The notes under the pieces are model-generated. The model was not told where the DNA came from. It ran no database searches and saw only the letters and a list, made by a program, of their open reading frames with translations. This document shows positions 31,501-39,583 of a stretch of DNA of 62,927 bases, in pieces; position 1 is the stretch's first letter; each line of letters opens with the position of its first letter. The DNA comes from a virus (taxonomy: Duplodnaviria; Caudoviricetes): positions 1 through 62,927 of IMG/VR virus record IMGVR_UViG_3300035187_002838. One strand, given 5' to 3'. A program made the position numbers and the translations under genes.

Positions 31501-33350
31501 CTCAAGTAAGCACTGGTATTACCGTTGCAGCCGGCACGGGCACTGGCTCTACATACACAGTTCCTGCACCTACAGCAATGAGTGCTGATGTCGCATTTAC
31601 TGATTTGTCTATTGTTGTAAGAGACGGTGCCGGAACAGCCTTGCCAGCTATTTCTAAAAGAATAACTTACAGCTTAAGCCGAAGAGGTGAAGGTGGAGCT
31701 GAAGGGACTAAAAGCGTCGCTATTAGCTGTTTTAAGTGGTCTACTACACCTATAAGTCCAATACCATCTCAAGCTGCAACTCTAACGTGGGCCGATTTAA
31801 GTATAAATTCATACCCATCAGGCTGGACTGCTGTTCCAGGTGCTGCAGCTAATAATGGGATGGTTTTATACCAACTTACGGCAATCGTTACTGCAACAGT
31901 CTCTGCTACTACGACAAACTTTAATTGGAGCTCAGGTTATATAGGTTCAATTGGTTATAGGCAAGACGGTTCAATAGGTTTACAAGGAAAATCTAGTAGA
32001 ACTGCGTATACTGTAACAACTAGCGCTACTCCTCCTACTGGTATAACAGCAGGTACAGGTGATGTTGTTCCAACTTCTCCAGGGACATGGAGTTTCAGTG
32101 CTACAAGCACACTGACAGAAGGTCAGTACATGTATCAAGTCGACGGCTTGTATGATGTTGTTACTGACGCAATTGTTTGGGGTAATGCTTACTTAAGTAA
32201 TCTGAAAGTTGGTTCTTTAAGTGCTATATCTGCAAATCTTGGAGCTATAAGTGCAGGCTCTATAAATATCAACAGCGGTGTAGCTACTATTTCAAATACT
32301 GGTGCAGCAGTCTTTAGAAATATTCAGATACAAGACTCTGGCGGTGGAATTATTCTGCAAAGTAACGGAAATATTGATTACTCAAGAGTAAATAATAAAC
32401 CGGCATCTCTGAATGATATTAATACTGCCGAAAGTACTAAGCTTACTGGTATTGCAACTGGTGCTAATAACACTTCTATTGATGCTAATGGTTTGATACA
32501 AGGAGTTAGTTCCGGTAGTGGGACTTTGGTGTCAAATGACAAGATACGCTCTGGAGGTATTAATTTAGTAGGTAATAGTGGTTTTATGAAAACCAGCCCC
32601 ACCATGCCTACCAATTGGAGTCTTTATAATAATGCTGGCGTTGCCACTACAACTTCTGTTCAAGCTGGTGGCTTGTTTGGTCAAAACTACTATAGAGTAA
32701 CTACTGGCGCAAATACAACATCAACAATGGGTATTTATATTGTCCCTAGTTCTACGGACTCTGTCAAAGCTTGGGAACCTGGACAAACTTACTGTATTTC
32801 TTATTGGGCAAGAGGCCAGGCAGGCGCTGTTGGAAAGACTATGAACGGTTTTGACAGCAATATGGGTTTTAATACTACTACAATTTTAGAGAATCCAGCT
32901 GTGACAGGTACATGGCAGCGTTACGTATTTAAAGGAAAACCTAACAGCAATGCAACAACACCTAATGGTGAATTGTTTCTCTCTTGGTTCACTACTGGAA
33001 CTTTAAATAGCGGCTCTATTATTGATATTTGTTGCCCTAAAGTAGAGCTGGGAGATCAGCCTAGTTCTTGGACGCCAGCTCCTCAAGATCTTGTCTCTGT
33101 TGGTAATAAGATTACAGCTACGACTGCTTCAACATTTATTGCTGATGCTGCGATTCAAAATGCTCAAATTGGTGATGCCCAAATTAGTCTTGCGAAAATT
33201 AACACCGCCACTATCGGCAGCCTGTCTGCAATAACAGCGACTATAGGTACATTACGAACTACAGCTAGTGGTAGCCGAGTAGAAATCCGTGACAACGTAA
33301 TAGAAGTTTACGAAAGTAATGTTTTACGTGTTAAAATTGGAAACTTATAA
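28554..33350 (+). CDS. tail tip / central fibre protein (gpJ-like)
   Basis: IPLVYGRA, NPAYCLLDYL, LEPGDII motifs; FnIII-like segments; carbohydrate-binding-like module ending KVELGDQPSSWTPAPQD; C-terminal LRVKIGNL. Confidence 0.82.
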   Translation: MGLLTAITAIGVFLSKVQVFIVLASMAYQIVQAKKMRNAAKAAAEARKGFELVVEAAIQPIPLVYGRAIIGGTRVYHNTSSSFVMPTTPTTANKTFSTGAAAQAGDNYTYTDENGSLATVTYGGTPEKKLNSNINGSKNEFLFFQQALCVGPINAVYDVIIDETQFLNDPALGDSYTEFVYKSGSFVRDTDNKAAMRLDYFYNGGVDPIMSSNFGERSTATFNNIAYLSATIRLDRDEPQFNKVPTIQTFIEGRVVREISRSGTSPNFSYALGNNVYSNNPAYCLLDYLLDSTVGKGLTISDIDLGSFYDAAQICNTVVQSNVNVGGNIWQTTDKITRNISTRNLPLYECNIIIDVSKPIRENVQSILSTMGDARLVWSQGRYKLLLQYPATNANINLAATITDDDLVHDKPVEILWPSASDRLNSCTIRYHNEATNFKEDSVSWPPKINSTFARGLGATKYVAVSGWEGTSEGERLLNNYAVWNGGSNTTSMSWKIVAPSSGDYALKFTADDVIDITLNTTSSRSGHTGVSTVTRTLTANAEYTISISATNTGGLFGAAATLTAPDGTTVWTTRSDAYTSFVNISQTNTVYNAYLAEDNNVKLETDIFAEGITDYYHAIAKAEETVRISRTARTIRFQYVLKNNYLEPGDIIKLNSATLSLGNTSDVYLRVNEVKLEDNAICEVVGSQFDAAQLVWSTKDSQAINAIKLYNFFLYAPSSLTFTAGNNVVANSPGTLTWPASSSPSISGYILYFHKVLDLDSSGRPIYNEIGRATQTLFYVPDLGDVNGVFGVRAFTDSIVSDLRTSGNAVRLNTALVPPTPTGFAVALGGDYNQVSKLTWTIPALRSNGIPYADHFFTKIFRAKDIPNPVFIEVGTSGTSEYLDISAEFGNLLYRIAFVSRRNITGNLSSIVSTTLQPNYSVIPGISAPSVNVSNENISFGAPLNGYAGIVFSSGSSEITAFIGNTQLTYGTTGANTFSVTSQVSTGITVAAGTGTGSTYTVPAPTAMSADVAFTDLSIVVRDGAGTALPAISKRITYSLSRRGEGGAEGTKSVAISCFKWSTTPISPIPSQAATLTWADLSINSYPSGWTAVPGAAANNGMVLYQLTAIVTATVSATTTNFNWSSGYIGSIGYRQDGSIGLQGKSSRTAYTVTTSATPPTGITAGTGDVVPTSPGTWSFSATSTLTEGQYMYQVDGLYDVVTDAIVWGNAYLSNLKVGSLSAISANLGAISAGSININSGVATISNTGAAVFRNIQIQDSGGGIILQSNGNIDYSRVNNKPASLNDINTAESTKLTGIATGANNTSIDANGLIQGVSSGSGTLVSNDKIRSGGINLVGNSGFMKTSPTMPTNWSLYNNAGVATTTSVQAGGLFGQNYYRVTTGANTTSTMGIYIVPSSTDSVKAWEPGQTYCISYWARGQAGAVGKTMNGFDSNMGFNTTTILENPAVTGTWQRYVFKGKPNSNATTPNGELFLSWFTTGTLNSGSIIDICCPKVELGDQPSSWTPAPQDLVSVGNKITATTASTFIADAAIQNAQIGDAQISLAKINTATIGSLSAITATIGTLRTTASGSRVEIRDNVIEVYESNVLRVKIGNL

Positions 33351-33361
33351 AAGGACTGTGT

Positions 33362-33676
33362 ATGCCTTACGGAATGAGAATTTGGGATGCTAGTGGCAAT
33401 CTAACTCTAGACACCACAGACCGAATAACCCGGTTTGTGACAAGTATAACACCAGGTACTATCGCAGCAAATTCAACAGTCAGTTACAGTGTGCCCGGCA
33501 TCGTAGACGATGGTACGTGGTTTTTGGTAGTAATGAACACATGGCGACCGGCTTCTAATAGCACTGCTGTTTTTATCGTAATGACAATTACATCTGGTTT
33601 TATAAATGCTGAAAATAAGAGTACCACGGCTTGGACAAATGGTCTTGGTACTAGAATAGAAGTATTTAGGGGCTGA
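33362..33676 (+). CDS. tail tip accessory protein
   Basis: MPYGMRIWDASGNLTLD motif typical of genes after gpJ. Confidence 0.6.
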   Translation: MPYGMRIWDASGNLTLDTTDRITRFVTSITPGTIAANSTVSYSVPGIVDDGTWFLVVMNTWRPASNSTAVFIVMTITSGFINAENKSTTAWTNGLGTRIEVFRG

Positions 33677-33677
33677 T

Positions 33678-34313
33678 ATGTCATACGGTATTAATATTTA
33701 TAACGCTGCCAATAACATTATTATTAGCCAAGACTTTACTAACTATCACGTGGTTTCAAGCGGCACACTTGCAAATGCTGCGGCATGGCCTACGATTGCT
33801 GCTAATGAGATTCTTTTTATCAGAGCAAATACAGCAGGTGCAATAGTAAGATCTAGTATTCCGATAGGCACAATTTCGGTTTCTGCTGGGCTTGTCGAAT
33901 ATGTTGTGGTTAGACGTACTCCAAGCCCTTCCGCTAACACGTTTGGCCTACGCGTATATCAATCCGACGGAGTTAGCATAGCCTTTGACTCGGGGGCAGC
34001 AGCTGCAAAAATTGTATCAAGCTATACAAAAGTTGGACGGTCTGATGGGTTTTTTGCGTATTGGAATGTTACACTAAATCAACCTATTGCAGTTCCTACT
34101 GGCAGAAAACGATATATTACTGCCGAACCTTTCAGAGGCTTGACAGCAGTTTGGCCAGGATTCTTTCCTTTTCCGCCTGCTATAATTCTTGACCAAATCA
34201 CTTGGACCTCTGATACGCAACAGTATATTGACCAATTTACCACGGGTGGTGGTGGTTCAGGCGCTCCAATAGACTTTCAAAGTTCAAAGATCTTTTTAAC
34301 CATTGATATATAG
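33678..34313 (+). CDS. tail tip accessory protein
   Basis: YGINIYN and FGLRVYQSDG...FDS repeats. Confidence 0.6.
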   Translation: MSYGINIYNAANNIIISQDFTNYHVVSSGTLANAAAWPTIAANEILFIRANTAGAIVRSSIPIGTISVSAGLVEYVVVRRTPSPSANTFGLRVYQSDGVSIAFDSGAAAAKIVSSYTKVGRSDGFFAYWNVTLNQPIAVPTGRKRYITAEPFRGLTAVWPGFFPFPPAIILDQITWTSDTQQYIDQFTTGGGGSGAPIDFQSSKIFLTIDI

Positions 34314-34923
34314 GCCCAAAATGATGAGTGTATTCGTATATCTTGACCAAAATCAAACACCAACCGGAGTGCAGCGTTTCGAAACAATGCCCGGAGTGGA
34401 CATTACAGTTCCACCTGGAGTCTTGTATTTTGAAGACGCTTCTGAGCTACCTAATGACATGGATATCATAAACCATTGGAGAATAAAATCAGGTGTGTTA
34501 ACAGACGTCGGTCCAAATCCAGGTCCTTCGTATCGTTGGGACACAAATTCTGAAAGCTGGATTCCAGACATACCAAAGGCAAAAGAAAATAAACTTCAAC
34601 AATTAAAAGCTACGAGAGACCAAAAAGAATCTGGAGGCTTTGTTTGGGATGGTAGCGTATTTGATAGTGATCCATTGAGCCAATTAAGGATACAAGGTAG
34701 TGTAGCATTAGCGCAAGTTGCTTTTGCTTCCAATACGCCCTTTACAATAGAGTGGACTTTAAAAAACAATTCTATAAGAAGTCTTTCAGGACAAGATATG
34801 ATTCAAGTTGGACTCTCTTTAGCAAATCATATTATCACAATTCATCAGACTTATAGAGATTTAAAAGAACAGTTAAGTAATGCAACTACTCTGCAAGTTA
34901 TAGACAATATTTTATGGCCTTAG
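34303..34923 (+). CDS. DUF4376-like tail fibre-associated protein
   Basis: GGFVWDGSVFDSDPLSQLRI...WTLKNNS...I.W. Confidence 0.7.
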   Translation: MIYRPKMMSVFVYLDQNQTPTGVQRFETMPGVDITVPPGVLYFEDASELPNDMDIINHWRIKSGVLTDVGPNPGPSYRWDTNSESWIPDIPKAKENKLQQLKATRDQKESGGFVWDGSVFDSDPLSQLRIQGSVALAQVAFASNTPFTIEWTLKNNSIRSLSGQDMIQVGLSLANHIITIHQTYRDLKEQLSNATTLQVIDNILWP

Positions 34924-35369
34924 CTGTAATTGATAAAATAAAGCTTTTTCATGAGATTGCATACTGTGTCAACATGTATGCTAATTTGAATGACTTCACT
35001 TTTCTTCCAATCGATCGTAATTTAGCTATCCAAAATTTAGCATTAGCAGTACGTCGTCAAAAGTTTGTAAGAGTTTTAAAACAGGACAATCAAATAGTAA
35101 CCTGGATTTATGCAGATGTTGGAAATAGTCTTCATATGACTGAAAGAATACTTCAACAGCAATACTACTGCTCAACTTTAACTGGAACAAAAGCTTTTAG
35201 GGCAGTTCAAATCTTACACGAAGAACTTTTAAAATATGCTAAAGAAAATAAATACGACATAGTATTTTCCAATGGAAGTCATATGGATGAAAAATACGTC
35301 TTTACTCGTATGCTGGAAAAACTAGGCTGGCAACGCCGGGGCTACGTGGCCTACAAACGGCCCGACTAG
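34914..35369 (+). CDS. putative GNAT-fold acetyltransferase-like protein
   Basis: LLKYAKENKY...RMLEKLGW C-terminal GNAT-like pattern. Confidence 0.45.
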   Translation: MALAVIDKIKLFHEIAYCVNMYANLNDFTFLPIDRNLAIQNLALAVRRQKFVRVLKQDNQIVTWIYADVGNSLHMTERILQQQYYCSTLTGTKAFRAVQILHEELLKYAKENKYDIVFSNGSHMDEKYVFTRMLEKLGWQRRGYVAYKRPD

Positions 35370-35478
35370 GTACCAGACGGGTCCACCTTGCAAAAATTTT
35401 TCGTCGGTAGGGCCAGGGTGATGTCGTGAAAAATCGCGTCACCTTGGACCGTTTTTCTTTGCATATTTATTAGCGGAA

Positions 35479-35494
35479 CCCGTTAGATTAACCC
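35479..35494 (+). promoter_or_regulatory. putative phage RNAP promoter, class B
   Basis: Identical 16-mer to 11826; upstream of lysis genes. Confidence 0.7.
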
Positions 35495-35568
35495 AAGGAC
35501 GGCCCCTCCTATTAGATATCTGTATCATATTGTAGTAGATGTTATAGTACTAAAGTATAAGGAATAGA

Positions 35569-36096
35569 ATGATACCATTAATGATTCAGCCGCTCATTGC
35601 AGGAGGTCTTAATCTCCTTGCTAATGCAGCTATGGCAAAAGGTAAAGAATGGATTCAAGAAAAGACAGGTATTGATATTGATAAAGGTTCTTTGTCACCT
35701 CAAGAACTTCATGCTCTACAACAGTATGAAATGGATCACGAGGAAGAGCTCTTAAGAATCAAACAAGAAGACAATAGAATTGCTGCAGACCTTGAAAAAG
35801 CATATTTAGCAGATGTGCAAAGTGCTAGAAACATGCAGCAGACTGCTATCGAATCTGACGATAAATTTGTCAGACGGTTTGTGTATTACTTTGCAATTTT
35901 CTGGGCAATTTGTACGGCGTCTTACATTGGATTTATTACCTTTGGTGTAGTGCCTGAAGATAATGTAAGATTTGCAGACACAATTCTTGGCTTCTTGCTC
36001 GGCACAATTTTGTCTGGAATTTTTAACTTTTTCTATGGTTCGTCTAAAGGCAGTCAAGATAAAACTCAAGCAATGCTTAAGGAGATCTCTAAATGA
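35569..36096 (+). CDS. putative holin
   Basis: DVQSARNMQ, two hydrophobic segments, FFYGSSKGS; adjacent to endolysin. Confidence 0.7.
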   Translation: MIPLMIQPLIAGGLNLLANAAMAKGKEWIQEKTGIDIDKGSLSPQELHALQQYEMDHEEELLRIKQEDNRIAADLEKAYLADVQSARNMQQTAIESDDKFVRRFVYYFAIFWAICTASYIGFITFGVVPEDNVRFADTILGFLLGTILSGIFNFFYGSSKGSQDKTQAMLKEISK

Positions 36097-36422
36097 TGAC
36101 ATTAGGTCAACATCAAGAAGCCTTTGCGAGAGATCTTGCAAAACTATTGTCAAAAGCTTTTGAGCTAGGTTATGATGCTCGCTTAGGTGAGCTACAAAGA
36201 ACAGTTGATCAGCAGACTATTTATGTTAAGACAGGCAAGTCGCAAACAATGAATAGTATGCATTTAAAGAAATGTGCAATTGACATTTTCTTTACAAGAT
36301 CAGGGCAGCTTGTATACCCTGAAGAGCTTGGGAAATATTGGGAGAGCTTAAATTCTCTTAACCAAGCTGGTATGTTTTGGCGAAAATTTAAAGATGGTCC
36401 ACATTACGAAAGAAGGTGCTAA
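36093..36422 (+). CDS. endolysin, peptidase M15 family
   Basis: R..DQQ, SMH....AID and DGPHYE zinc-ligand motifs. Confidence 0.82.
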   Translation: MMTLGQHQEAFARDLAKLLSKAFELGYDARLGELQRTVDQQTIYVKTGKSQTMNSMHLKKCAIDIFFTRSGQLVYPEELGKYWESLNSLNQAGMFWRKFKDGPHYERRC

Positions 36423-36533
36423 ATGGCTACGAAACCAATGATCCCAATTAAGAAAGATAATTTTAAAACTTGCCCTGGATGCCCTAGTCCAGGTAAGTGC
36501 AAAGCTGCAGGCAAGTGTCTTAAAAGCAAGTAA
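36423..36533 (+). CDS. 36-aa Cys/Lys-rich peptide (not in ORF track)
   Basis: MATKPMIPIKKDNFKTCPGCPSPGKCKAAGKCLKSK; GAAGG RBS; followed by terminator. Confidence 0.55.
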   Translation: MATKPMIPIKKDNFKTCPGCPSPGKCKAAGKCLKSK

Positions 36534-36537
36534 CATC

Positions 36538-36566
36538 AACCCCACTGAAAGGTGGGGTTTTATTTT
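36538..36566 (+). terminator. intrinsic terminator after lysis genes
   Basis: AACCCCACT-GAAA-GGTGGGGTT then T-rich tail. Confidence 0.75.
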
Positions 36567-36575
36567 GGAGTTAAG

Positions 36576-36827
36576 ATGCCATACGATCCTAGTAGAAAAA
36601 GAGATTACAAAAAAGAATATAAGCAAGACCTGAAAACAGGCAAGTCCGGTCCAGATAGTGATCAACATGAACGTCAGAAGGCTAGACGAATGTATGATTC
36701 TATGGGCGTTGATAGGGATGGTAAACATATAGACCACAAGAAGCCAATTAGGAGTGGCGGTAAGTCTGTTAAAGGTAATTTAAGATTACGTGACCCTAGC
36801 AAGAACAGCGCTGATAACGGCAAATAG
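36576..36827 (+). CDS. small HNH endonuclease-like protein
   Basis: HIDHKKPIRSGG...NLR......N; GGAG RBS before ATG 36576. Confidence 0.7.
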   Translation: MPYDPSRKRDYKKEYKQDLKTGKSGPDSDQHERQKARRMYDSMGVDRDGKHIDHKKPIRSGGKSVKGNLRLRDPSKNSADNGK

Positions 36828-36841
36828 TTCAACGGGTGTCA

Positions 36842-36874
36842 TGCGGAAAAGTCGGTATCTTATATGATAAGCAA
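36842..36874 (+). promoter_or_regulatory. putative early promoter, class A, copy 1
   Basis: TGCGGAAAAGTCGGTATCTTATATGATAAGCAA; near-identical copies at 40898 and 41515. Confidence 0.65.
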
Positions 36875-36939
36875 AAGCCTATCAACAAATTCATATGCGA
36901 TGCGCATATGGACTTTTGTAATCTACGCCTAAACGGGCA

Positions 36940-37215
36940 ATGGAGAAGTCAACAATGCTTTCTCACACAGAAGCTTTGTCAAAGCTGAAGACTGTTGAGC
37001 CGTCTGATCTCGTACAAATCAGTACGCGTATTGGAAAATATCTTGGACGGCCGATCTATCCGGCATCGTCGATAGTAATTGAAGAAGTAAGTGACGATGG
37101 CGGCCTTGCCGCTATGGTCAAGATGACTTACAAGGGGGTGCAGGTTTACAATTCCATGGCATATCATCCCACCCTGGCCCAGTGCATTGTCTTCGTTATG
37201 GCAAAGCATTGGTAA
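36940..37215 (+). CDS. early hypothetical protein, paralog of 37858..38130
   Basis: Shares LVQISTRIGKYLG, EVSDDGG, PTLAQCI, MAKHW with the paralog. Confidence 0.75.
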   Translation: MEKSTMLSHTEALSKLKTVEPSDLVQISTRIGKYLGRPIYPASSIVIEEVSDDGGLAAMVKMTYKGVQVYNSMAYHPTLAQCIVFVMAKHW

Positions 37216-37279
37216 GTGAAACTGAAGAGGCTTAAATAATAGCCGAAACCTAGGCCCTTCGGGGCCGATGGTCTTTCAC
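37216..37279 (+). ncRNA. type I hammerhead ribozyme 1 (cleavage after C37273)
   Basis: Stem I GTGAAA/TTTCAC; CTGAAGA core; stem II GGCT/AGCC; GAAA; stem III capped by cUUCGg; GUC triplet. Confidence 0.88.
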
Positions 37280-37299
37280 AACTTTGAAGGAATCTTCAA

Positions 37300-37605
37300 A
37301 TGAAACGTCAAGGTGCTGTATTTAACAGGCGCGAATTAAAGCGCGCAAGAAATTTAGTAAGGTGGGTTGCAAATGGATGCAACTGGAAAAATCCAGTCAA
37401 CGCAACTTCAATAGCAGCAAAATCGTCTTTAAATAACTATGCAGTTTGCATTGAAGTACTTGGATTTGCAAAGAATCTTGCAAATCAAGGAAACAGTCTT
37501 ATTACGCAATCTATAGCAGGAGCTGCTGTTGATGCCGTTCTTAGAGGAGACTTAGGATGGGCTGATGATTTGATGGACTTTTGGTCTGAACGCGGACTTT
37601 TATAA
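37300..37605 (+). CDS. early hypothetical protein
   Basis: GAAGGA RBS just 3' of ribozyme 1. Confidence 0.65.
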   Translation: MKRQGAVFNRRELKRARNLVRWVANGCNWKNPVNATSIAAKSSLNNYAVCIEVLGFAKNLANQGNSLITQSIAGAAVDAVLRGDLGWADDLMDFWSERGLL

Positions 37606-37641
37606 CCAATGAGATTTTTTTTTTTTCAAAGGAGTTTTAAA

Positions 37642-37776
37642 ATGAACGCTTATCTGCGTTACATGAAAGCCGAAGCTCGCGCTTATGAGAGCAACAATGT
37701 TTCCAGAATGTTGAAGTTGGCAAGTCTTAAAGCGCGTGCGTACAGTATGTACGGTTTAACTTGTCTTTACTGGTAA
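37642..37776 (+). CDS. 44-aa early protein (not in ORF track)
   Basis: T12-CAAAGGAG RBS; MNAYLRYMKAEARAYES...CLYW; stop abuts ribozyme 2. Confidence 0.65.
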   Translation: MNAYLRYMKAEARAYESNNVSRMLKLASLKARAYSMYGLTCLYW

Positions 37777-37837
37777 GTGAAACTGAAGAGACCTTTATGG
37801 TCGAAACCTAGGCTCTTCGGGGCCGATGGTCTTTCAC
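37777..37837 (+). ncRNA. type I hammerhead ribozyme 2 (cleavage after C37831)
   Basis: Same core; stem II covaries to GACC/GGTC. Confidence 0.88.
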
Positions 37838-37857
37838 AAACTTTGAAGGAGTCTTAA

Positions 37858-38130
37858 ATGGAAACTTTTCTCTCTCATGCAGATGCTTTAACAAAGCTGA
37901 AAACTGCGGATCCTTTCTGTCTTGTACAGATTAGTACTCGTATTGGAAAGTATCTAGGAAAGCCTCTTTATCGGACATCATCAATCGTGGTGCACGAGGT
38001 GAGTGACGATGGTGGCATTGCTGCTCAGGTTAAGATGACTTATAAAAGTAAGTCTATCGTTGATCCTGACGGAACGTATACTCCAACCCTCGCACAATGC
38101 ATTGCATTTATCATGGCAAAGCATTGGTAA
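37858..38130 (+). CDS. early hypothetical protein, paralog of 36940..37215
   Basis: GAAGGAG RBS; shared motifs with the paralog. Confidence 0.75.
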   Translation: METFLSHADALTKLKTADPFCLVQISTRIGKYLGKPLYRTSSIVVHEVSDDGGIAAQVKMTYKSKSIVDPDGTYTPTLAQCIAFIMAKHW

Positions 38131-38191
38131 GTGAAACTGAAGAGGCTTCATTAGCCGAAACCTAGGCCCTTCGGGGCCGATGGTCTTTCAC
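38131..38191 (+). ncRNA. type I hammerhead ribozyme 3 (cleavage after C38185)
   Basis: Same core and stems; loop II TCATT. Confidence 0.88.
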
Positions 38192-38206
38192 AACGGAGTT
38201 TTTTGT

Positions 38207-38608
38207 ATGAACGCAACCGCACGGTTCTCTTCCACCTCTCAAAAGGAAGACGGTCTGACTGTTACTGAAAAAACAGTCCTCACGATATGCCCTCCTGGAT
38301 GCTTCAAAGAAGAAGCGGAAGACGATGGTGTGTCTTACAAAAGCATCCTCAAGCTTTCAAATGGAAGCCACTTTCTCGTCTGGGACGAAGTAAAGAAGGA
38401 GGATGGTGTGTGGTTCTACGGATTCCACGAGTTCACTTGGGACTCGGATATCCAATACAACACCCACGTAGGTGGCATCTGCTTCTCAGCAGTTAAGCCA
38501 GGATACATCGAGTGGAATTCCCGTAACTGGGACGTGACTGATAAAGACGTCACGATGGCTGAAGAAAATAAATTCCGCCAAGTCATCCACCGCGTACTAG
38601 GCGGCTGA
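38207..38608 (+). CDS. early hypothetical protein
   Basis: GGAG RBS then ATG 38207; the track start 38180 lies inside the ribozyme. Confidence 0.65.
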   Translation: MNATARFSSTSQKEDGLTVTEKTVLTICPPGCFKEEAEDDGVSYKSILKLSNGSHFLVWDEVKKEDGVWFYGFHEFTWDSDIQYNTHVGGICFSAVKPGYIEWNSRNWDVTDKDVTMAEENKFRQVIHRVLGG

Positions 38609-38613
38609 TACTT

Positions 38614-38640
38614 AGACCTGAGCAGGTCTTTAAAAGGCTC
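38614..38640 (+). repeat. repeated H-type pseudoknot motif, copy 1
   Basis: AGACC-TGAGCA-GGTCT-TTAAAAG-GCTC; loop GAGC pairs with 3' GCTC. Confidence 0.6.
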
Positions 38641-38695
38641 TGACTGAGCGAGCTGTAGCGTAATTTTTTTTTTTTTTTTTTCAAAGGAGTGTTAA

Positions 38696-38899
38696 ATGAA
38701 AAAGTTTATGAACTGGTTTAAAAATCTGTTTCAACCGCGGTCTGCGGCAGTTCTCGCCTTGATTGAGCTTGAAGAGTCGAAGCGGCAATTTCTTGTGTAC
38801 AAGGCTTCAGAAGAACAAGGCAAACACCTGGCCAAGTACTACAGCGAAAAGATTAGCAGGCTTGAAGCCTATCTCAAAGGGGACCAAAATGAAAAGTGA
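38696..38899 (+). CDS. early hypothetical protein
   Basis: T18-CAAAGGAG RBS; 67 aa. Confidence 0.65.
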   Translation: MKKFMNWFKNLFQPRSAAVLALIELEESKRQFLVYKASEEQGKHLAKYYSEKISRLEAYLKGDQNEK

Positions 38900-38962
38900 A
38901 GATATTGGACTGATTGTCGTATCTGCAATTGCAATTCTTTTAATGATTACAGGAGTGATTTA

Positions 38963-39106
38963 ATGGTCACATTTGGGAAGTTCAAGTGGCCAGTGAGCAT
39001 CGTGAGTTACGCGCAGGAAAGCCACATGCGCAATCCCGCGTATTACCACATGTCTTTGGAGGAAATCCTCCATAAGTTTTACAGCACTTATAAGAGAGCT
39101 GTTTAA
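38963..39106 (+). CDS. 47-aa early protein (not in ORF track)
   Basis: AGGAG RBS; MVTFGKFKWPVSIVSYAQ... Confidence 0.5.
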   Translation: MVTFGKFKWPVSIVSYAQESHMRNPAYYHMSLEEILHKFYSTYKRAV

Positions 39107-39163
39107 CCCATTTAGAAGCCATTAGAGATAGTGGCTTCAATAATGTGTTAATTTTGACACAGA
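39105..39163 (+). repeat. repeated long stem-loop (RNase III site-like), copy 1
   Basis: CATTTAGAAGCCATTA-GAGA-TAGTGGCTTC-AAT-AATG; copies at 39584 and 40562. Confidence 0.6.
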
Positions 39164-39181
39164 CTTTGAAAGGACTTTGAA

Positions 39182-39580
39182 ATGAAACATTTTCCATTGA
39201 GCTTGCCGCAAGAGATCGAGCTTATTGCGCAATTGCACCTTACTGGATCGCGGTACTTTGGAACTGCAAGACCTGTTTCTGACTGGGACTTTATTGTAGA
39301 TTCTGCGTCCAACGAAGTGATTTTAGCGTTATTTCGAAGGCACAAAGCCTACCTTATTGGCTCATATGCCATCGAGACTGGAGGCCAAGTTTGGCGTTGG
39401 GATTATGAGGCTCAACAAACCCATATCGACTTCCAGATCGTTCCAAATATAGCTTGGAAGCTCCGAGCGCAAGCTTGGATCAAAGCTATGTTGGATGAAG
39501 GGTTTTGCTTTCCAGACTCAAAAGTAAAAAGAAATAAGATTTGGGAGGCTGCTTTTAAGGCGTCAGAAGACCACGGTTAA
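39182..39580 (+). CDS. minimal nucleotidyltransferase (Pol-beta superfamily)
   Basis: hTGSRYFG.....SDWDF motif plus third Asp in HIDFQI. Confidence 0.7.
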   Translation: MKHFPLSLPQEIELIAQLHLTGSRYFGTARPVSDWDFIVDSASNEVILALFRRHKAYLIGSYAIETGGQVWRWDYEAQQTHIDFQIVPNIAWKLRAQAWIKAMLDEGFCFPDSKVKRNKIWEAAFKASEDHG

Positions 39581-39583
39581 CTT

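Noticed and set aside
28554-34923. Diversity-generating retroelement acting on tail genes
   Set aside because: No reverse transcriptase and no template/variable repeat pair seen
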